Source: a virus
Strand: one strand, 5' to 3'
Length of the DNA stretch: 64,000 nt
IMG/VR virus record: IMGVR_UViG_3300027141_000003
Location: 1-64,000 of that record
Part shown: positions 53,901-64,000 of the stretch, piece by piece
Layout: the number at the start of each line of letters is the position of its first letter
Position numbering within the stretch: the first letter of the stretch is position 1
The notes under the pieces: model-generated
What the model was told of the DNA's origin: nothing
What the model saw: only the letters and a program-made list of their open reading frames with translations
Databases searched by the model: none
Program-made: the position numbers and the translations under genes

Positions 53901-54932
53901 TTCAAGCGCCGAGCCTGGGGCTGTAGAATCTTCTGCAGTAAATGGGCTGTTTGGGGTAAAGCCAGATACAGGAATTACTGGAGATTGAGTATTTGAATTA
54001 TTTAAAGTAAGTCTGGCAGCATAAAATTTATTTGGCTGTATAGCATAATAGCTTGCTGTACCAGATTTTGTTGTTGTGCCAGTTACGGACAGGGTATATA
54101 GATCTTGAATCTCTACCCGATTGCTTGCTGTTAGCGTTTCGGAGGCAGAATCTACAGCAAACCATTCTATATAAGAATCATAGAGGTCTGGCTTTCTGTA
54201 CCACTCATCTTTATAGGTAAAGTTTGCATATAAAGTTTCTGGAACATCTACGTTAGTATTTGTTAAATCTATTGTTCCGCTAGGTCTTTGTCTTATAATG
54301 TATACAGGAGCACTTTCAGAAAAAACTGGTCCACCTGCTGAATTTGATGCTCCAACTCTGAATGTAAGAAAGTTTTTATCAAAGTAGTCTCCGTCGTCAT
54401 ACCCTAAATAACTTTCAGAGTTTGTCAACATATCTGCTCTTCCAGTTGAAGAAGTATTTCTTGAACTTGATGTGCCTGAAACATAGAATTGTGGATCAAA
54501 TATATTGTCGTTTGAATCACCAGTAGTATTATATAGCCATTGATAAATAAATGTTATGGTGCTTCCGTTACCAGAAGTCCATGTTCCATCATACCCCCAC
54601 AGATGATTACCTAAGCTGGTGCTTGGCCAACCTGTTGTAGGAGTTGTTGTGGGAGGGCCCATCTGCTGAACTGGAGGAGCTTCAACTACTGGGTTTACTG
54701 TTCCAGCAACAGAGCTATTAGTTCTAAATGTATTAAGTCTTATCTTTGGTATATCGGTACCAACAAATGGCCTATTGCTTGCGGTATCATATATCTTTTG
54801 CCAGGTATAAGTGCCAGTTTTTATATAAGCTTTTCTTATTGCCTGCCAAGTAATACCACCAGTTTTTAAATATACTTTTTTGACTCTTGACCAAGTATAT
54901 TCCCCAGTTTTAATATAAGTTTTACCAGCCAT
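50997..54932 (-). CDS. tail fibre/receptor-binding-like protein with FN3/PKD-like and InlB-B-like repeats
   Basis: Ser/Thr/Gly/Tyr-rich beta modules; YSANGG...GYTFGGW near the C-terminus. Confidence 0.7.
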   Translation of the reverse strand: MAGKTYIKTGEYTWSRVKKVYLKTGGITWQAIRKAYIKTGTYTWQKIYDTASNRPFVGTDIPKIRLNTFRTNSSVAGTVNPVVEAPPVQQMGPPTTTPTTGWPSTSLGNHLWGYDGTWTSGNGSTITFIYQWLYNTTGDSNDNIFDPQFYVSGTSSSRNTSSTGRADMLTNSESYLGYDDGDYFDKNFLTFRVGASNSAGGPVFSESAPVYIIRQRPSGTIDLTNTNVDVPETLYANFTYKDEWYRKPDLYDSYIEWFAVDSASETLTASNRVEIQDLYTLSVTGTTTKSGTASYYAIQPNKFYAARLTLNNSNTQSPVIPVSGFTPNSPFTAEDSTAPGSALEVTSLDILDYYSNEGTDNRGYIPVGGLMKIRSNVTGVDGSTTYRIRYRMYNWQTSSYYSMAGTNYGASASSAWTTYTGSSTQFGYGGTYINEISISGNTATLTHNEVISSSLFGSTTYTPTGSTTSTDRWSIDIEVSVLKNSIRKYYADLVGGALWYISRPAANLLLSASPTTAQVNTDVTFSGSIGALGGGNSYPRQYKIIYGDGNNSGWLPVGEWSYGTNKPSFTNIKQYSNAGEYYPYFQTIPDYSNGSTSVVISPALSAPNPTGVVWNGTSFVISYTGGSGPWFQSWYRVDNTTYPSDGTGYDSGSATQNTSTITYTPGFNPTPGGTYYFWVRSALESTSNTSNVNVSSYSTTRVQVTIPQVATAPTSVTASNNGSSNTITVSWSGATYAAYYRIYWSSSPTAPTDPGVSYDEQKVVDGSTITASAGSWAWGPGDPDRNNNNPSLGSSYYFYVSASANGTTWTPYVRTSGLTNLRLTPPTSVTVTPGPQGGPVTATFSGGSGPSYQMYWYGSATAPTGQVTPDQTGSLSPLTDNTGPSSTATQYMYVRSVTNVGDTSAGESTTASAWSAGVSFNMTSTAVSQNSAPTTRATNTFSTSTVKYLDSITWTTGSYTNAASITSVLLYALSTNTANLVSPGGNTNTSTRTSNPYVIQTNDPAGTPYVFAVRDTVVGINGTTYYFYSNQITSANADAVAFSYNPGVGASGGWSATVVTAQSGATYSISSGTGTINSSTGTVTTTGLASNTTTSVIVTKSVSGYNNAFATASGTSNIVPTYSLTYSANGGSSTPSTQNGIQGASITLASSAGTLSGYTFGGWTIGGTTYSAGGSYTFGSANATATAIWNVVFVAPTSPAPSMQFSRKTTATTHLQWYCDYPSISGNGTITGMEFEIRTTAGGGTLLASGTRSYPGAGSYPYSAGGTIWAFRMGTTDGDITYSSSARYGRGRVKMLGSNGTTYYSAYSAWL

Positions 54933-54934
54933 CT

Positions 54935-57856
54935 TTAATCCCTTGTGCTTAAGATTATGTCGCCAATTAAGCCCACGTTATAGAAGTTGCCGCCACTGGT
55001 TATAGCAGTTTCTGAGCTTCCAGATTTAAATATAGTTCTACCAACGGACACTGTGCCGTCACTTTTTATCATAAGCATTGCGGCTTTTTCATCTCCGTAA
55101 TAATTGTTGTGTGCTCGGCCTGACAAGTTTTTAAAAACATACGCACCAGCAGTTGCGGAATTTAAAACTATTCCAGTGCTTGTTGCTGAAATATAAGAAG
55201 ACCCAGCTCTTAAAAGTGCTGATATTGGATTTTGGCTTAAGGTTAAAGCCCCTCCAGATGTAACTCCAGCAGTTGCTTTTATGGAAATAGTTGATGATGT
55301 TGTTGATGCAGAAGCAGCTGATGAGCTGGCGTAAACAGAATTTGGATCGTCATCTTCATCAAGTGTACTTGCTGCTTTATTTTCAGTTGTAATTGTAGGT
55401 ATTGAAACTGTGTCTTGATCTATTTCATACCCTTGCTTAAATGTAATTGTTTGATCTGAAGAGTCAAGTATAAGTCCGCTAGAAGATAGAGATGTGTCAT
55501 CAATTGTCCATCCAGCAATTTTACTAATTCCACTTTTTGACAACTCAAATTTTGGCGTAGCTACTCCGCTTGTATATGCTGCAATTCCACCAGAGTTAAT
55601 TAAAATTCTATCTCCAGAACTAGCGCTTGCTCCTATAAAAAATGTTCCAGTAATATCTAAGTTGCCAGTAATGGTTCCAGAATTTGCTGTAATCTTTCCA
55701 GTAATTTCTGCATCTGTAGATATAAGTTTTCCAGTAGATGCTGCAATTGAAGATGCTCCTACTGTCAAAGAGCCTCCTGTAATTGTTATATCTGAAGCTG
55801 TAACTGCTCCAGCTGGAGTAACAGAAAATTTGGCTGATGAGTTTCCAGCAGATACTGGAGACCCTGCCCAAATTGCATACGTGCCAGATGAACTTATTCC
55901 AGTGTATGTACCAGTAGTTCCTCTTTCAAATTTAGATGAATCAATTGTCCACCCAGCAATTTGTCCATACTGTGCATAAATTCCACCATCTGAAGTATCA
56001 AGTCTTAATTGAACTGCGCCTTTTTTAATTGCAAGCCCGCCACTATTTAACAAAAATCCGTCGCTAGTTAAATTTCCAGACACATTTAATGTTCCTTGAA
56101 AAATAGAAGCCCCAGATGCTCCCATAGAAATATTGCCACCAATGGTTGTTCCGCCTGCAACTCCCAAATCTCCATCAATAGATAACTTAGTTCCATTCCA
56201 AGAAACAAAGTTGCTAGATGCTCCACCTATTTTAAATAATGCAGATTGAGCAGAATCAATGTACCAATAGTTATTTGGATTTAAAACAAGACCACGTTTG
56301 CCTGTGTCTACTCCGTATCCAAACTTAAATGTTCCAGTATCAGTTCCGCTTACTCCAGCTTCAAAGTATCCAGTGGTTGAAACATTTGTGCCAACAAATG
56401 GGGATCCGCTTACCGCAATGTTTGGAGAAAGAGCGGTATATGCAGAAGAAGTATTATTAAATTCATCATAAGAAGCAATGCCAACTTCGTAAGTAGTTCC
56501 TAAAGCTAATCCTGCAAGCCTATATGTTGTTGCATTACCTGGCGAGTCTACATAAGAATAATTTTCAAATGGCGCTGATGCTTTGTATGGCCTAAATCTA
56601 ATTCTATATCCACGAAGAGTTGAATCGGATACTCCAGTCCAAGAAATATTTACAACTCCATTGAATCCAATTGTTCCAGTGCTATCTGTTCCTGCTGTTG
56701 CAGATATTGTTGAAGGAGCAGCAGGTGCATTTACGTCTGCAGCGATTGCATCAATTGGAGTAACAGATTGCTCTGCTGACCACGAAGATGTAAATCCATC
56801 ATCTGTTATATATCTAATTTTAACATATCTAAGAGTGTATACGGTCTTCTTTATAATTGCTGGGCTTGCTCCGCTAAAAACTAAATCTAATTCTGTTGGA
56901 TTGCCAGCCCCCCAAGAACTTCCACTTTCGTAAACCTTAGCAAAGGAAGCTCCAGGTGGCAACGTCCAGGTTGCAGTGTATCCATTTGTAATTGCAGTTA
57001 ATGTAAATGTAGGAACTACTCCAAGCAAAACATTTGTTTTTTCAGATACAGTAAACGATACGCCAGAGTCACGATTATCTAATGAATCTGCTGAAACAAA
57101 TAAGCCAGTAAACGATGTAAAGTACTGTCCAAATGTGTTATATAGTTCTTGCTGAGTAATTAAAATTGATTGTGATGTTCCAGATGTGCTTGGAAATTTT
57201 GTAAAGAATCCATTGTTAGATCCGTTTGTTAATCTTATAACAAACTTTTTAGCGTCCGCAGATACTGTTGCTGTTATTAATATATTATTTCCAGACCAAG
57301 ATGCGGTGATTCCAGATGCTGGAGTAGGAGGAGTAACATCTAATGCTGCTGCTACTGGATCTACTGGTGTTACTGAAACTGGATCAGAGTATGCAGTATT
57401 TCCTGAAATCTTATCTATTAGCTTTATTCGAACCCATCTCTTTAAAACATCACCAACTGTTACTGTTGTTGGGTTAGTAGAAGTTACTTTAACCTCTGTC
57501 CATCCAGTAGTTGGAGCAGTATTAGAATTAGAAACAGATTCTTCAATAATTGCATGCTCAAAATTTTTGTCAGTTTGTTTAGTAAAAGAAACTATATACC
57601 CTAAAGATGATGGGGTTACTGTAATCGTTGGCTTTGTTAATTTTGTTGTATAGGAAGCTGTAGTTACTGTATAGCCATCTGACCACTTACTTCTAGTTCC
57701 GTCTGGGAAAACCCATTGAAAATTAAATGCATGTGGAGTGCCTGGTGTTAAATTTAAAATTGGTATAATAAAATAATCTTGTTCTGTGGTCTTTGAATTA
57801 TTTTTATCTAAGTCTTTAGGGAAATAGCTTAATCTTTCTTCGTATGCGCCAGCCAT
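54935..57856 (-). CDS. minor tail protein with FN3 domains and beta-helical repeats
   Basis: FN3-like W...GYRIR...L..GTTYEV; IAGWTID repeats. Confidence 0.75.
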   Translation of the reverse strand: MAGAYEERLSYFPKDLDKNNSKTTEQDYFIIPILNLTPGTPHAFNFQWVFPDGTRSKWSDGYTVTTASYTTKLTKPTITVTPSSLGYIVSFTKQTDKNFEHAIIEESVSNSNTAPTTGWTEVKVTSTNPTTVTVGDVLKRWVRIKLIDKISGNTAYSDPVSVTPVDPVAAALDVTPPTPASGITASWSGNNILITATVSADAKKFVIRLTNGSNNGFFTKFPSTSGTSQSILITQQELYNTFGQYFTSFTGLFVSADSLDNRDSGVSFTVSEKTNVLLGVVPTFTLTAITNGYTATWTLPPGASFAKVYESGSSWGAGNPTELDLVFSGASPAIIKKTVYTLRYVKIRYITDDGFTSSWSAEQSVTPIDAIAADVNAPAAPSTISATAGTDSTGTIGFNGVVNISWTGVSDSTLRGYRIRFRPYKASAPFENYSYVDSPGNATTYRLAGLALGTTYEVGIASYDEFNNTSSAYTALSPNIAVSGSPFVGTNVSTTGYFEAGVSGTDTGTFKFGYGVDTGKRGLVLNPNNYWYIDSAQSALFKIGGASSNFVSWNGTKLSIDGDLGVAGGTTIGGNISMGASGASIFQGTLNVSGNLTSDGFLLNSGGLAIKKGAVQLRLDTSDGGIYAQYGQIAGWTIDSSKFERGTTGTYTGISSSGTYAIWAGSPVSAGNSSAKFSVTPAGAVTASDITITGGSLTVGASSIAASTGKLISTDAEITGKITANSGTITGNLDITGTFFIGASASSGDRILINSGGIAAYTSGVATPKFELSKSGISKIAGWTIDDTSLSSSGLILDSSDQTITFKQGYEIDQDTVSIPTITTENKAASTLDEDDDPNSVYASSSAASASTTSSTISIKATAGVTSGGALTLSQNPISALLRAGSSYISATSTGIVLNSATAGAYVFKNLSGRAHNNYYGDEKAAMLMIKSDGTVSVGRTIFKSGSSETAITSGGNFYNVGLIGDIILSTRD

Positions 57857-58783
57857 TTAAAACTCCAGCAATAACTTGTATTCAATGTCTACGGGTCTTC
57901 CTGGCTTCTTTATTAACGGGGTAGACAATACGGATCTACTAATTATTCCATATCCTGGATCAAAGGTATCTTCATCATTAACTCTAATGCCATCAAAGTA
58001 GACTGTTGTGTTCCCGCCAGCTGCTGTTACGGCAACTCCTATTTTTGTAATAGATGCAGGATCTGGCAAGTTTGGAGAAGCAGTATAATTTGAAAAAAGG
58101 CTGTTCATTGACAGACTTTGTATTCTATCTCCTGAGCCAGTTGCGGGAGTAAAATCAACATAGTAGTATGCTGTTGGAGAACTATAAAACTTTACTCTAA
58201 TGTTAGATAAGTTATTGTCTGATTTTTTGTAAGCGATAGATATAGTATCATTAATGCTATAGCCTGAGATATCATAAGAATCTAAAGAGTTAGTGTATTC
58301 TTTTGTTGTACCAGAAGTTGCATCTACTCTAATCATGCTATCATCAATTTTTGATAAAAATGTGTAGTTCCCAGAAGCATCCTGGGTATTACTCTGAATA
58401 GTTGGATTGAGTATTCCGTCAAACCAATTAAAATTATTTGTAAAAGAAGAAATAAACTGACTATCATAGTTGTTGAAAGAAGATCTACCTCCAGGATAAA
58501 GACCTATTTCTGACACTACACCAGACACATCTTGTGGAATTGTTGAGGAATAAACAACATTATATTGAAATACTGGATTGTTGCTTCCATCTACCCCAGT
58601 TTGAATTACGTCAAAACTTGATAAGAGGACGGGCAATCTATAAAATTCAAACTCTAGTTTAGTATCATTCCCATTAGCATCGACAGGAGTAGAGCCTATT
58701 CCTAATGCTAGCTCTCTGCCAGAAGAAGAATTAACCCCTGCCAGTTGACCTGCTAAAAATCTTTTACCAAATTTAGTTATCAT
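57857..58783 (-). CDS. minor tail protein
   Basis: MITKFGKR...LEFEFYR...EIGLY; position in the tail operon. Confidence 0.7.
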   Translation of the reverse strand: MITKFGKRFLAGQLAGVNSSSGRELALGIGSTPVDANGNDTKLEFEFYRLPVLLSSFDVIQTGVDGSNNPVFQYNVVYSSTIPQDVSGVVSEIGLYPGGRSSFNNYDSQFISSFTNNFNWFDGILNPTIQSNTQDASGNYTFLSKIDDSMIRVDATSGTTKEYTNSLDSYDISGYSINDTISIAYKKSDNNLSNIRVKFYSSPTAYYYVDFTPATGSGDRIQSLSMNSLFSNYTASPNLPDPASITKIGVAVTAAGGNTTVYFDGIRVNDEDTFDPGYGIISRSVLSTPLIKKPGRPVDIEYKLLLEF

Positions 58784-59169
58784 TTTTTCTCTACTCTCAT
58801 ATCAATTGCTTTTAACATTTTACCACTGCTATTTTTTACTTTAAAAACTATTTTTGCAGAAGGTATTCCAGCCAAATCAAAAACCACTTCGTTAGAAACA
58901 ATTTCTATATCTGATAATTTGGGCCTGTCATTACCTTCAGGGGGATCTTCAGGTTCTTCTGGATCGTCTGGATCATCTGGGTCTTTTGGTTCTTCTGGGT
59001 CATCTAGCCCATCATTAGCCTGCTTACCACCAAATCTGGCTGCAGCAACATTTGGCTGTAAATATGCTAGATAGTTTGAGTTGGCAACAACGTCTATATC
59101 TGAACCAGCAACCGTAACAATTGGGGCTGTTACTGGAGAGGAGCTTGCAGACTTCTTGGAATTTTTCAT
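58780..59169 (-). CDS. tail-associated protein with PDD/PEE repeats
   Basis: Leaderless ATG 7 nt after TATAAT. Confidence 0.6.
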   Translation of the reverse strand: MKNSKKSASSSPVTAPIVTVAGSDIDVVANSNYLAYLQPNVAAARFGGKQANDGLDDPEEPKDPDDPDDPEEPEDPPEGNDRPKLSDIEIVSNEVVFDLAGIPSAKIVFKVKNSSGKMLKAIDMRVEKK

Positions 59170-59186
59170 CTTTTTTATTATACCAT

Positions 59187-62100
59187 TTACTGACTATAAA
59201 TAGATCTAGCAGTTATTTTAGTATTAAGCCCTCCCTCAAAGCTGTTATTTATATTAGATACTATAAACTTCTGTGTTCCGTCGAATCCATTTGCAGGATA
59301 GTTAATTGTAACAAGATCTCCCACAGAAATCAAGGGGTTGGAGAATACTTCTAGTTCGCAAACTGACTGCTTTTTAGACCATTGCTGTTTAATCCACTCA
59401 GATAAGCTCTTAGCATCCGACTCCCTTTGTATCCAGGCCGACTCGAAAGTTGCCTGCTCTGGAGTAGTAAATTCATTTATTGTTTTATCCAGATATTCAT
59501 TTTGGCCAGACTGAACAATAGTGTTTCCTAGGATAGTAAAAGAGGCAAACTGAGAGTCATCTAGCGGAACAAACGTACCCGCATTATTTACAACATAAAC
59601 TTCGGCTCCAAAAGACGTTAGCCTTGATCCTAAAACTTCTACATACTGGCTTAGCCCAACGCTTGCAAAAACTGGGAATGCGGGCCTAGAGTCAAATTTA
59701 ATATCTATCTTTTTTAGCTCTCTTGCAACTGTGCCAAATTCATCTACCGTTCCGCCAGAAACACCAGTGTTGTCAAAATTACTTGTAAGCTTGTCTCCAT
59801 AAAGAAAATCTAGTGTTGTACTTCCAAATCTTCCGTAATACTGATCTTTAAATAAACCCTTGTCATACTGATCTTTAGTTAAGGGGATTGCATATACGTA
59901 ATCAAAGAAGGTAGTTCCTGTTCTTGAGTATATAGCTATATTTGGAGTGGGAACAATAATATCGTCTGCGTCAGCTGCTGTAATCTTAAATCCATTAATA
60001 AATACGTCTATAGCAATAACCTCATTGACTGTATCATGCTTTACACGTATGTCAACCTTATAAGAAGTAGATCCTGATAAAAATGCTAATGTTTTATTTA
60101 TATCCGACTGCGAATCAGTAAGAGATGTCATAATGCCATCTTTAACTTTAAATACCCCTAATGACTTATCTGATCCGCTTTTTGCTAAATTAGCTGTTGT
60201 TTCTAAAGAGACATAATATCCATCATCTCCATTAGCACTTGTAAAGAATCCAATTCCCCCAGCCGCTGATACATCCTTGACGGTGCTTTTAAAAAACATT
60301 CCTGTTCCGAAAGTGTAGTAATCTCCAGAGTAATCTATGGCCATATTTTTTACAGCCACAGAGTATAGTTGCTTGTTGGTAGAATCAGATGTTATTTTAA
60401 ATAAAGACTTTTGAATTTCTTTAACCGACGAATTTGTTTCTGTTGGAACTGAATCTAAAGATGGTGGATTTGCTACAGATGCTAAAATATCAGATGACAC
60501 AGAGCTTGGTGCCAGAGGGTCTGAGTTGGCTTTAAATACATTATTGTATCCTGACCACCCAATTTTAGCGTTTGCCCCAGCAGCTGTATGCGCTGCTATA
60601 GCTGTGCCCAATGCGCCTCTAGTTTTAATTCTTATTCTTCCAGTTTGTCCTATAGATTTATTAGCAGCTTTTGTTGTTGTCATATCGTTTGCAATTTTTT
60701 GCAAGTCGCTCTGCTGCTTGATGTCAATCTTTTTTATAGTATCATTGGCGCTGTAATACTGATACTCAACTGCGTCATACTCTATAATTTCAGAATCAAT
60801 AACTAAATATCCAGAGTAGCTATAAATAATTTGTTTTTGTTCTTGATTAACTATGATAGGAGATAGGCTAATATACTCTCCTGCTCCTGCGGTTGCTGAC
60901 AATGCGGTATTAAGCGAGTATGCTCCTAGATATGCAGATCCTGACTTCCATAAAGGCTGGGCGCTACCAAGCAATTCGCTGGCTGTTACTGGATTCCATA
61001 ATACTTTTACTTGGTTAATTGCTGGTAAATCTATTTTATTTAAAGACATTATGTTAGGTAAAATGGTTCCGTCTTTTGCATACTTAAAGTTCCAGTGTGC
61101 AGTAGTTTGAGAAAATAAGTAGTCTCTTGTATAAAATTGAAGAACGTTGTTTTCATCAAAGGTCGCCACCATTTGCGAATCTCTACAGAGTTCCTGTATG
61201 GCATTCCAAACACTTTCACTGTCATCTGTCCACCAATATATAGGACTGAGTATAGATTCATCTTTTACTGTACCCACCGTTGGCTTGTAGTTTATATTAT
61301 AGTTGGTAAAGCCTACATTATCTAAAAGCCTTCTTATAATTCCTATTGCCGAAGTGTCCTTGCAAACCATTCCTGGAACGATTATGTCTTGCAAAGCTTT
61401 AGCACCATCTAAGGCTGTTAAATTAATATTGCCAAATTCAGATGTATTCCAGCTATCAATATAAAATGTTCCCTGCTTTACCCTTTGGTGTGTACCCTTT
61501 GAATCACTAAATGGCGCAGCTGAATAATAAACTTTTATATATGGCTTTAGCTCGGCACCCTTATACATATACAAATATGATGAATTGAATGCTGTTCCCT
61601 TTTCGTATGAAACAATTTTTCTTGGGGATTCATAAGAAAGCAAAGAGGCCGACATTGAGTTTGCTGAAACTTTTCCAACTGGCAATATATCATCAGCGCT
61701 AGTAGATGATTCTTGGGATGTAGAAAAACTTATCATGCTATCAGTTAGGTCTGCTACCCATCTAGGAGATAGCTCAATGACTCCAACATGTGCATTAGTT
61801 ACGCCTGCTGTTGTTAGCCTTAAAGATGTTATAGGCACAGGAGCTGATAATGTTGAAGGCTCCGTAGTTGTCCAAGATGTTCCGTTATAGTATAAAGTTA
61901 GAGTTCCTGCATCGTAATTTTTTGTTCCGCTAGTAGTGAATGGTTTGATTGCAGAACTTGACCCTGTTGCAAGTTGAACATTTCCTTCTTTAAATATTGT
62001 CCATGTGCCTGGAGTTGAATGTGATATCTCAAACCTAACAATAATTTTATTTGTTAATATTGTTTGTCCATTATATGTAATTGTTATATCTGCCCCTACT

Positions 62101-62480
62101 CCTTTTTGAGTAAGATGATATTTGTAGTACGTATCTATGCCAGGGTAATAGGTTCTGTAGTTTAGTCCGTAATCTACGTTCTTGGGATCCAGCCAAGTTT
62201 TGCTAGGAACGTCTCCAAAAACTCCATATTTAACTCCAGCTCCAACGGGCCTAAAAGCTTTTGTAACAGAAGACAATGGAAACAATTTCTTGTAAGGTTT
62301 TGACTGATCGCCTTTAGTGTACTCGGTACCTGTAACCGTAATATTATCTACCATTGAGTTCATATTATATTCAATGGTGCAGCCGACATTAGCTTCAATT
62401 GTAGTATTCTGTTCTATAATGTCTTTAACTGCTGGTAAATTAATCATTAAACTTCTTCCAGTGAAATAGATACGTCCCAA
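59187..62480 (-). CDS. large minor tail (baseplate hub-like) protein
   Basis: C-terminal NPLISVGD pattern; follows the distal tail gene. Confidence 0.75.
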   Translation of the reverse strand: MGRIYFTGRSLMINLPAVKDIIEQNTTIEANVGCTIEYNMNSMVDNITVTGTEYTKGDQSKPYKKLFPLSSVTKAFRPVGAGVKYGVFGDVPSKTWLDPKNVDYGLNYRTYYPGIDTYYKYHLTQKGVGADITITYNGQTILTNKIIVRFEISHSTPGTWTIFKEGNVQLATGSSSAIKPFTTSGTKNYDAGTLTLYYNGTSWTTTEPSTLSAPVPITSLRLTTAGVTNAHVGVIELSPRWVADLTDSMISFSTSQESSTSADDILPVGKVSANSMSASLLSYESPRKIVSYEKGTAFNSSYLYMYKGAELKPYIKVYYSAAPFSDSKGTHQRVKQGTFYIDSWNTSEFGNINLTALDGAKALQDIIVPGMVCKDTSAIGIIRRLLDNVGFTNYNINYKPTVGTVKDESILSPIYWWTDDSESVWNAIQELCRDSQMVATFDENNVLQFYTRDYLFSQTTAHWNFKYAKDGTILPNIMSLNKIDLPAINQVKVLWNPVTASELLGSAQPLWKSGSAYLGAYSLNTALSATAGAGEYISLSPIIVNQEQKQIIYSYSGYLVIDSEIIEYDAVEYQYYSANDTIKKIDIKQQSDLQKIANDMTTTKAANKSIGQTGRIRIKTRGALGTAIAAHTAAGANAKIGWSGYNNVFKANSDPLAPSSVSSDILASVANPPSLDSVPTETNSSVKEIQKSLFKITSDSTNKQLYSVAVKNMAIDYSGDYYTFGTGMFFKSTVKDVSAAGGIGFFTSANGDDGYYVSLETTANLAKSGSDKSLGVFKVKDGIMTSLTDSQSDINKTLAFLSGSTSYKVDIRVKHDTVNEVIAIDVFINGFKITAADADDIIVPTPNIAIYSRTGTTFFDYVYAIPLTKDQYDKGLFKDQYYGRFGSTTLDFLYGDKLTSNFDNTGVSGGTVDEFGTVARELKKIDIKFDSRPAFPVFASVGLSQYVEVLGSRLTSFGAEVYVVNNAGTFVPLDDSQFASFTILGNTIVQSGQNEYLDKTINEFTTPEQATFESAWIQRESDAKSLSEWIKQQWSKKQSVCELEVFSNPLISVGDLVTINYPANGFDGTQKFIVSNINNSFEGGLNTKITARSIYSQ

Positions 62481-62893
62481 AATGCTTGTGCTGTATCCGC
62501 CGCTTTTCCCTTTACATTTCTTTTGATCATATTAAATGAGCATGAAGTAAAGCTTGCAACAAAATCTTCAGTTCTAGCTGAGTTATAGGCTATTCTTACA
62601 TTAAATGTTCCTTGGCCTTTAGCGCTTAAATAAAACGTTTTTATATCTTCTGCTCCCCAGCCTGAATCTACAGTCATAGAAGAGTATGAAGGGATATTGT
62701 TCCAAGAGGTAGAAACATTCTTCTTGTCGGCTATAAATAGCTTTCTAAGGCTTCCATTAGACATTCTGGCTGTTTGCTCAATACGTTCTACGTTTATAGA
62801 TACTGGGGCTCTATTATGCTCAGTTAATTTTTGCCACGTACCAACGGCATCCTGTATAAATAATGCCGAACCTACTGGTAAAGTTATAGCCAT
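62447..62893 (-). CDS. distal-tail-like protein
   Basis: RMSNGSLR motif; directly after the tape measure gene. Confidence 0.65.
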   Translation of the reverse strand: MAITLPVGSALFIQDAVGTWQKLTEHNRAPVSINVERIEQTARMSNGSLRKLFIADKKNVSTSWNNIPSYSSMTVDSGWGAEDIKTFYLSAKGQGTFNVRIAYNSARTEDFVASFTSCSFNMIKRNVKGKAADTAQAFWDVSISLEEV

Positions 62894-64000
62894 TAAACAC
62901 TTCCTCCTATTCTTCTGCCGACTCCTTCTTTTGCATTAATCAAAGACAGCTCCTGCTTAAAGCTACGCATTACGTCATCTACTGTAACAGTTGTTCCATT
63001 TAATGCTATATCAATATTGTAAACATTATTGCTGCTTGGGCTATTACTAATATTAACCCCAGACATTTTAGTTCCAGAAGGTATATCATACCTTGGCATG
63101 GTAGCAGCATTTGGATAAATTATTCCTGAAAACTTAGGCTCAATAAGAATTCCTTCTTGTTGTGCACCCAATGGATTAATTCTATCATTGATCTCCATAA
63201 GTTGTCCAGCAGCAAATCGTCCGCCCAAAGAACTCTGCCTTACTGCTTCTTTAGGACCAATTCCAAATCTTTTTTGTACCTTGTACTTAACTCCATTAGG
63301 ATCTTCAATTATATCGCCAACTTCTAATTGATCTCCAGCAATTACTGCTTTTCTTGCATCATTCGTCAAGTATCCGTCCTTGCCATAAGGATTTTTAAGA
63401 GTGGCATCACTTGCGTTACCATCATACATTGCTGAATAAAGGTCTCCCGCAGTAGCATACTTACCCTTCATTCCGTCTTTTACCTGATCGGTATAAATTG
63501 TAACGTATGGGGCATTAATTCCATTTTTTAAAGCATTAAGAATTTCATCTACAACTCCAGTAGCTGGTTTTTCAATTCCAAGTTTCTTGCCCAGAGTTTC
63601 TAAAGCAGACATAGTCTCTGTAAACTCTTTAGTCATTTTAAACTTGTCGCCTTCAGTTTGAAGTTTATTAATTATGTTAGATAGGTTAGTGCTATATGTA
63701 GTCAAATCTTTATTAAGATTGTCTGCTTTTGTTTGAAGAACTCCTAATTTATCTCCAGCTAAAGCTGCCTTGTCTGCAAGCTTTGTGTTCTTGGCAGTAA
63801 GTGAATCTATTTGATCTTGTAAGGGTTTAATCTCAAGCTCTGCTTTGAGGGTAATTGCCTCTTCTGCTGATTTACGATTAGATTCATTTAGTATCTGCTC
63901 TATACTCATTTGCTCTTCTGCATAGGCTGTCATGTTGCCAGTTGCAAGAGCTTGCTGTGCTCTTAGTTGAGCCTTCTGAATTTCTAGCTGAGCGTTTTCT
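62893..64000 (-). CDS. tail tape measure protein, C-terminal part (truncated by window edge)
   Basis: Coiled coil open to the window end; typical C-terminal NNVYNIDI tail; upstream of the tail genes. Confidence 0.75.
   Translation of the reverse strand, partial: ENAQLEIQKAQLRAQQALATGNMTAYAEEQMSIEQILNESNRKSAEEAITLKAELEIKPLQDQIDSLTAKNTKLADKAALAGDKLGVLQTKADNLNKDLTTYSTNLSNIINKLQTEGDKFKMTKEFTETMSALETLGKKLGIEKPATGVVDEILNALKNGINAPYVTIYTDQVKDGMKGKYATAGDLYSAMYDGNASDATLKNPYGKDGYLTNDARKAVIAGDQLEVGDIIEDPNGVKYKVQKRFGIGPKEAVRQSSLGGRFAAGQLMEINDRINPLGAQQEGILIEPKFSGIIYPNAATMPRYDIPSGTKMSGVNISNSPSSNNVYNIDIALNGTTVTVDDVMRSFKQELSLINAKEGVGRRIGGSV

Noticed and set aside
50997-57856. Diversity-generating retroelement acting on tail genes
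   Set aside because: No reverse transcriptase and no template/variable repeat pair visible in this window.

Overview
This is a 64-kb piece of a large lytic tailed phage (siphovirus-like) that very probably infects a low-GC Actinobacterium. Evidence for the host is WhiB, an Lsr2-like protein, DnaE, RecA and actinobacterial promoter motifs, and the gene order resembles large Streptomyces/freshwater actinophages. The window has two convergent blocks. (1) Bases 1-11050 on the + strand hold about 33 mostly small early/host-takeover-type genes (GP88-like, DUF932, DUF1281-like, Lsr2-like) and tRNA-Asp. (2) Bases 11700-64000 on the - strand run from the right end through the tape measure C-terminus and tail genes, replication/recombination genes (DnaB, primase, SSB, DnaE, RecA, Cas4-like, RuvC) and the terminase genes, which are split by a glycosyltransferase module. 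They continue through tRNA(CAT), Hsp20, a nuclease, oxygenases, a lysis cassette, WhiB, proteases and thioredoxin. The most striking signal is non-coding. The early block has 13 promoters of the exact form TGTCRG-N10-TAnnnT, the actinobacterial PafBC/RecA-independent DNA-damage promoter. These are flanked by helically phased CRP-like boxes, perfect DnaA boxes, GACAC (WhiA-like) boxes and a 9-copy fixed-geometry repeat. The block also contains a hairpin RNA whose loop is antisense to the leader shared by the early genes. A 27-nt pseudoknot with covarying stems occurs three times. Together these suggest a phage early programme switched on by the host DNA-damage response and shut off by an antisense RNA. 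That model is inference from sequence read by eye and is untested.
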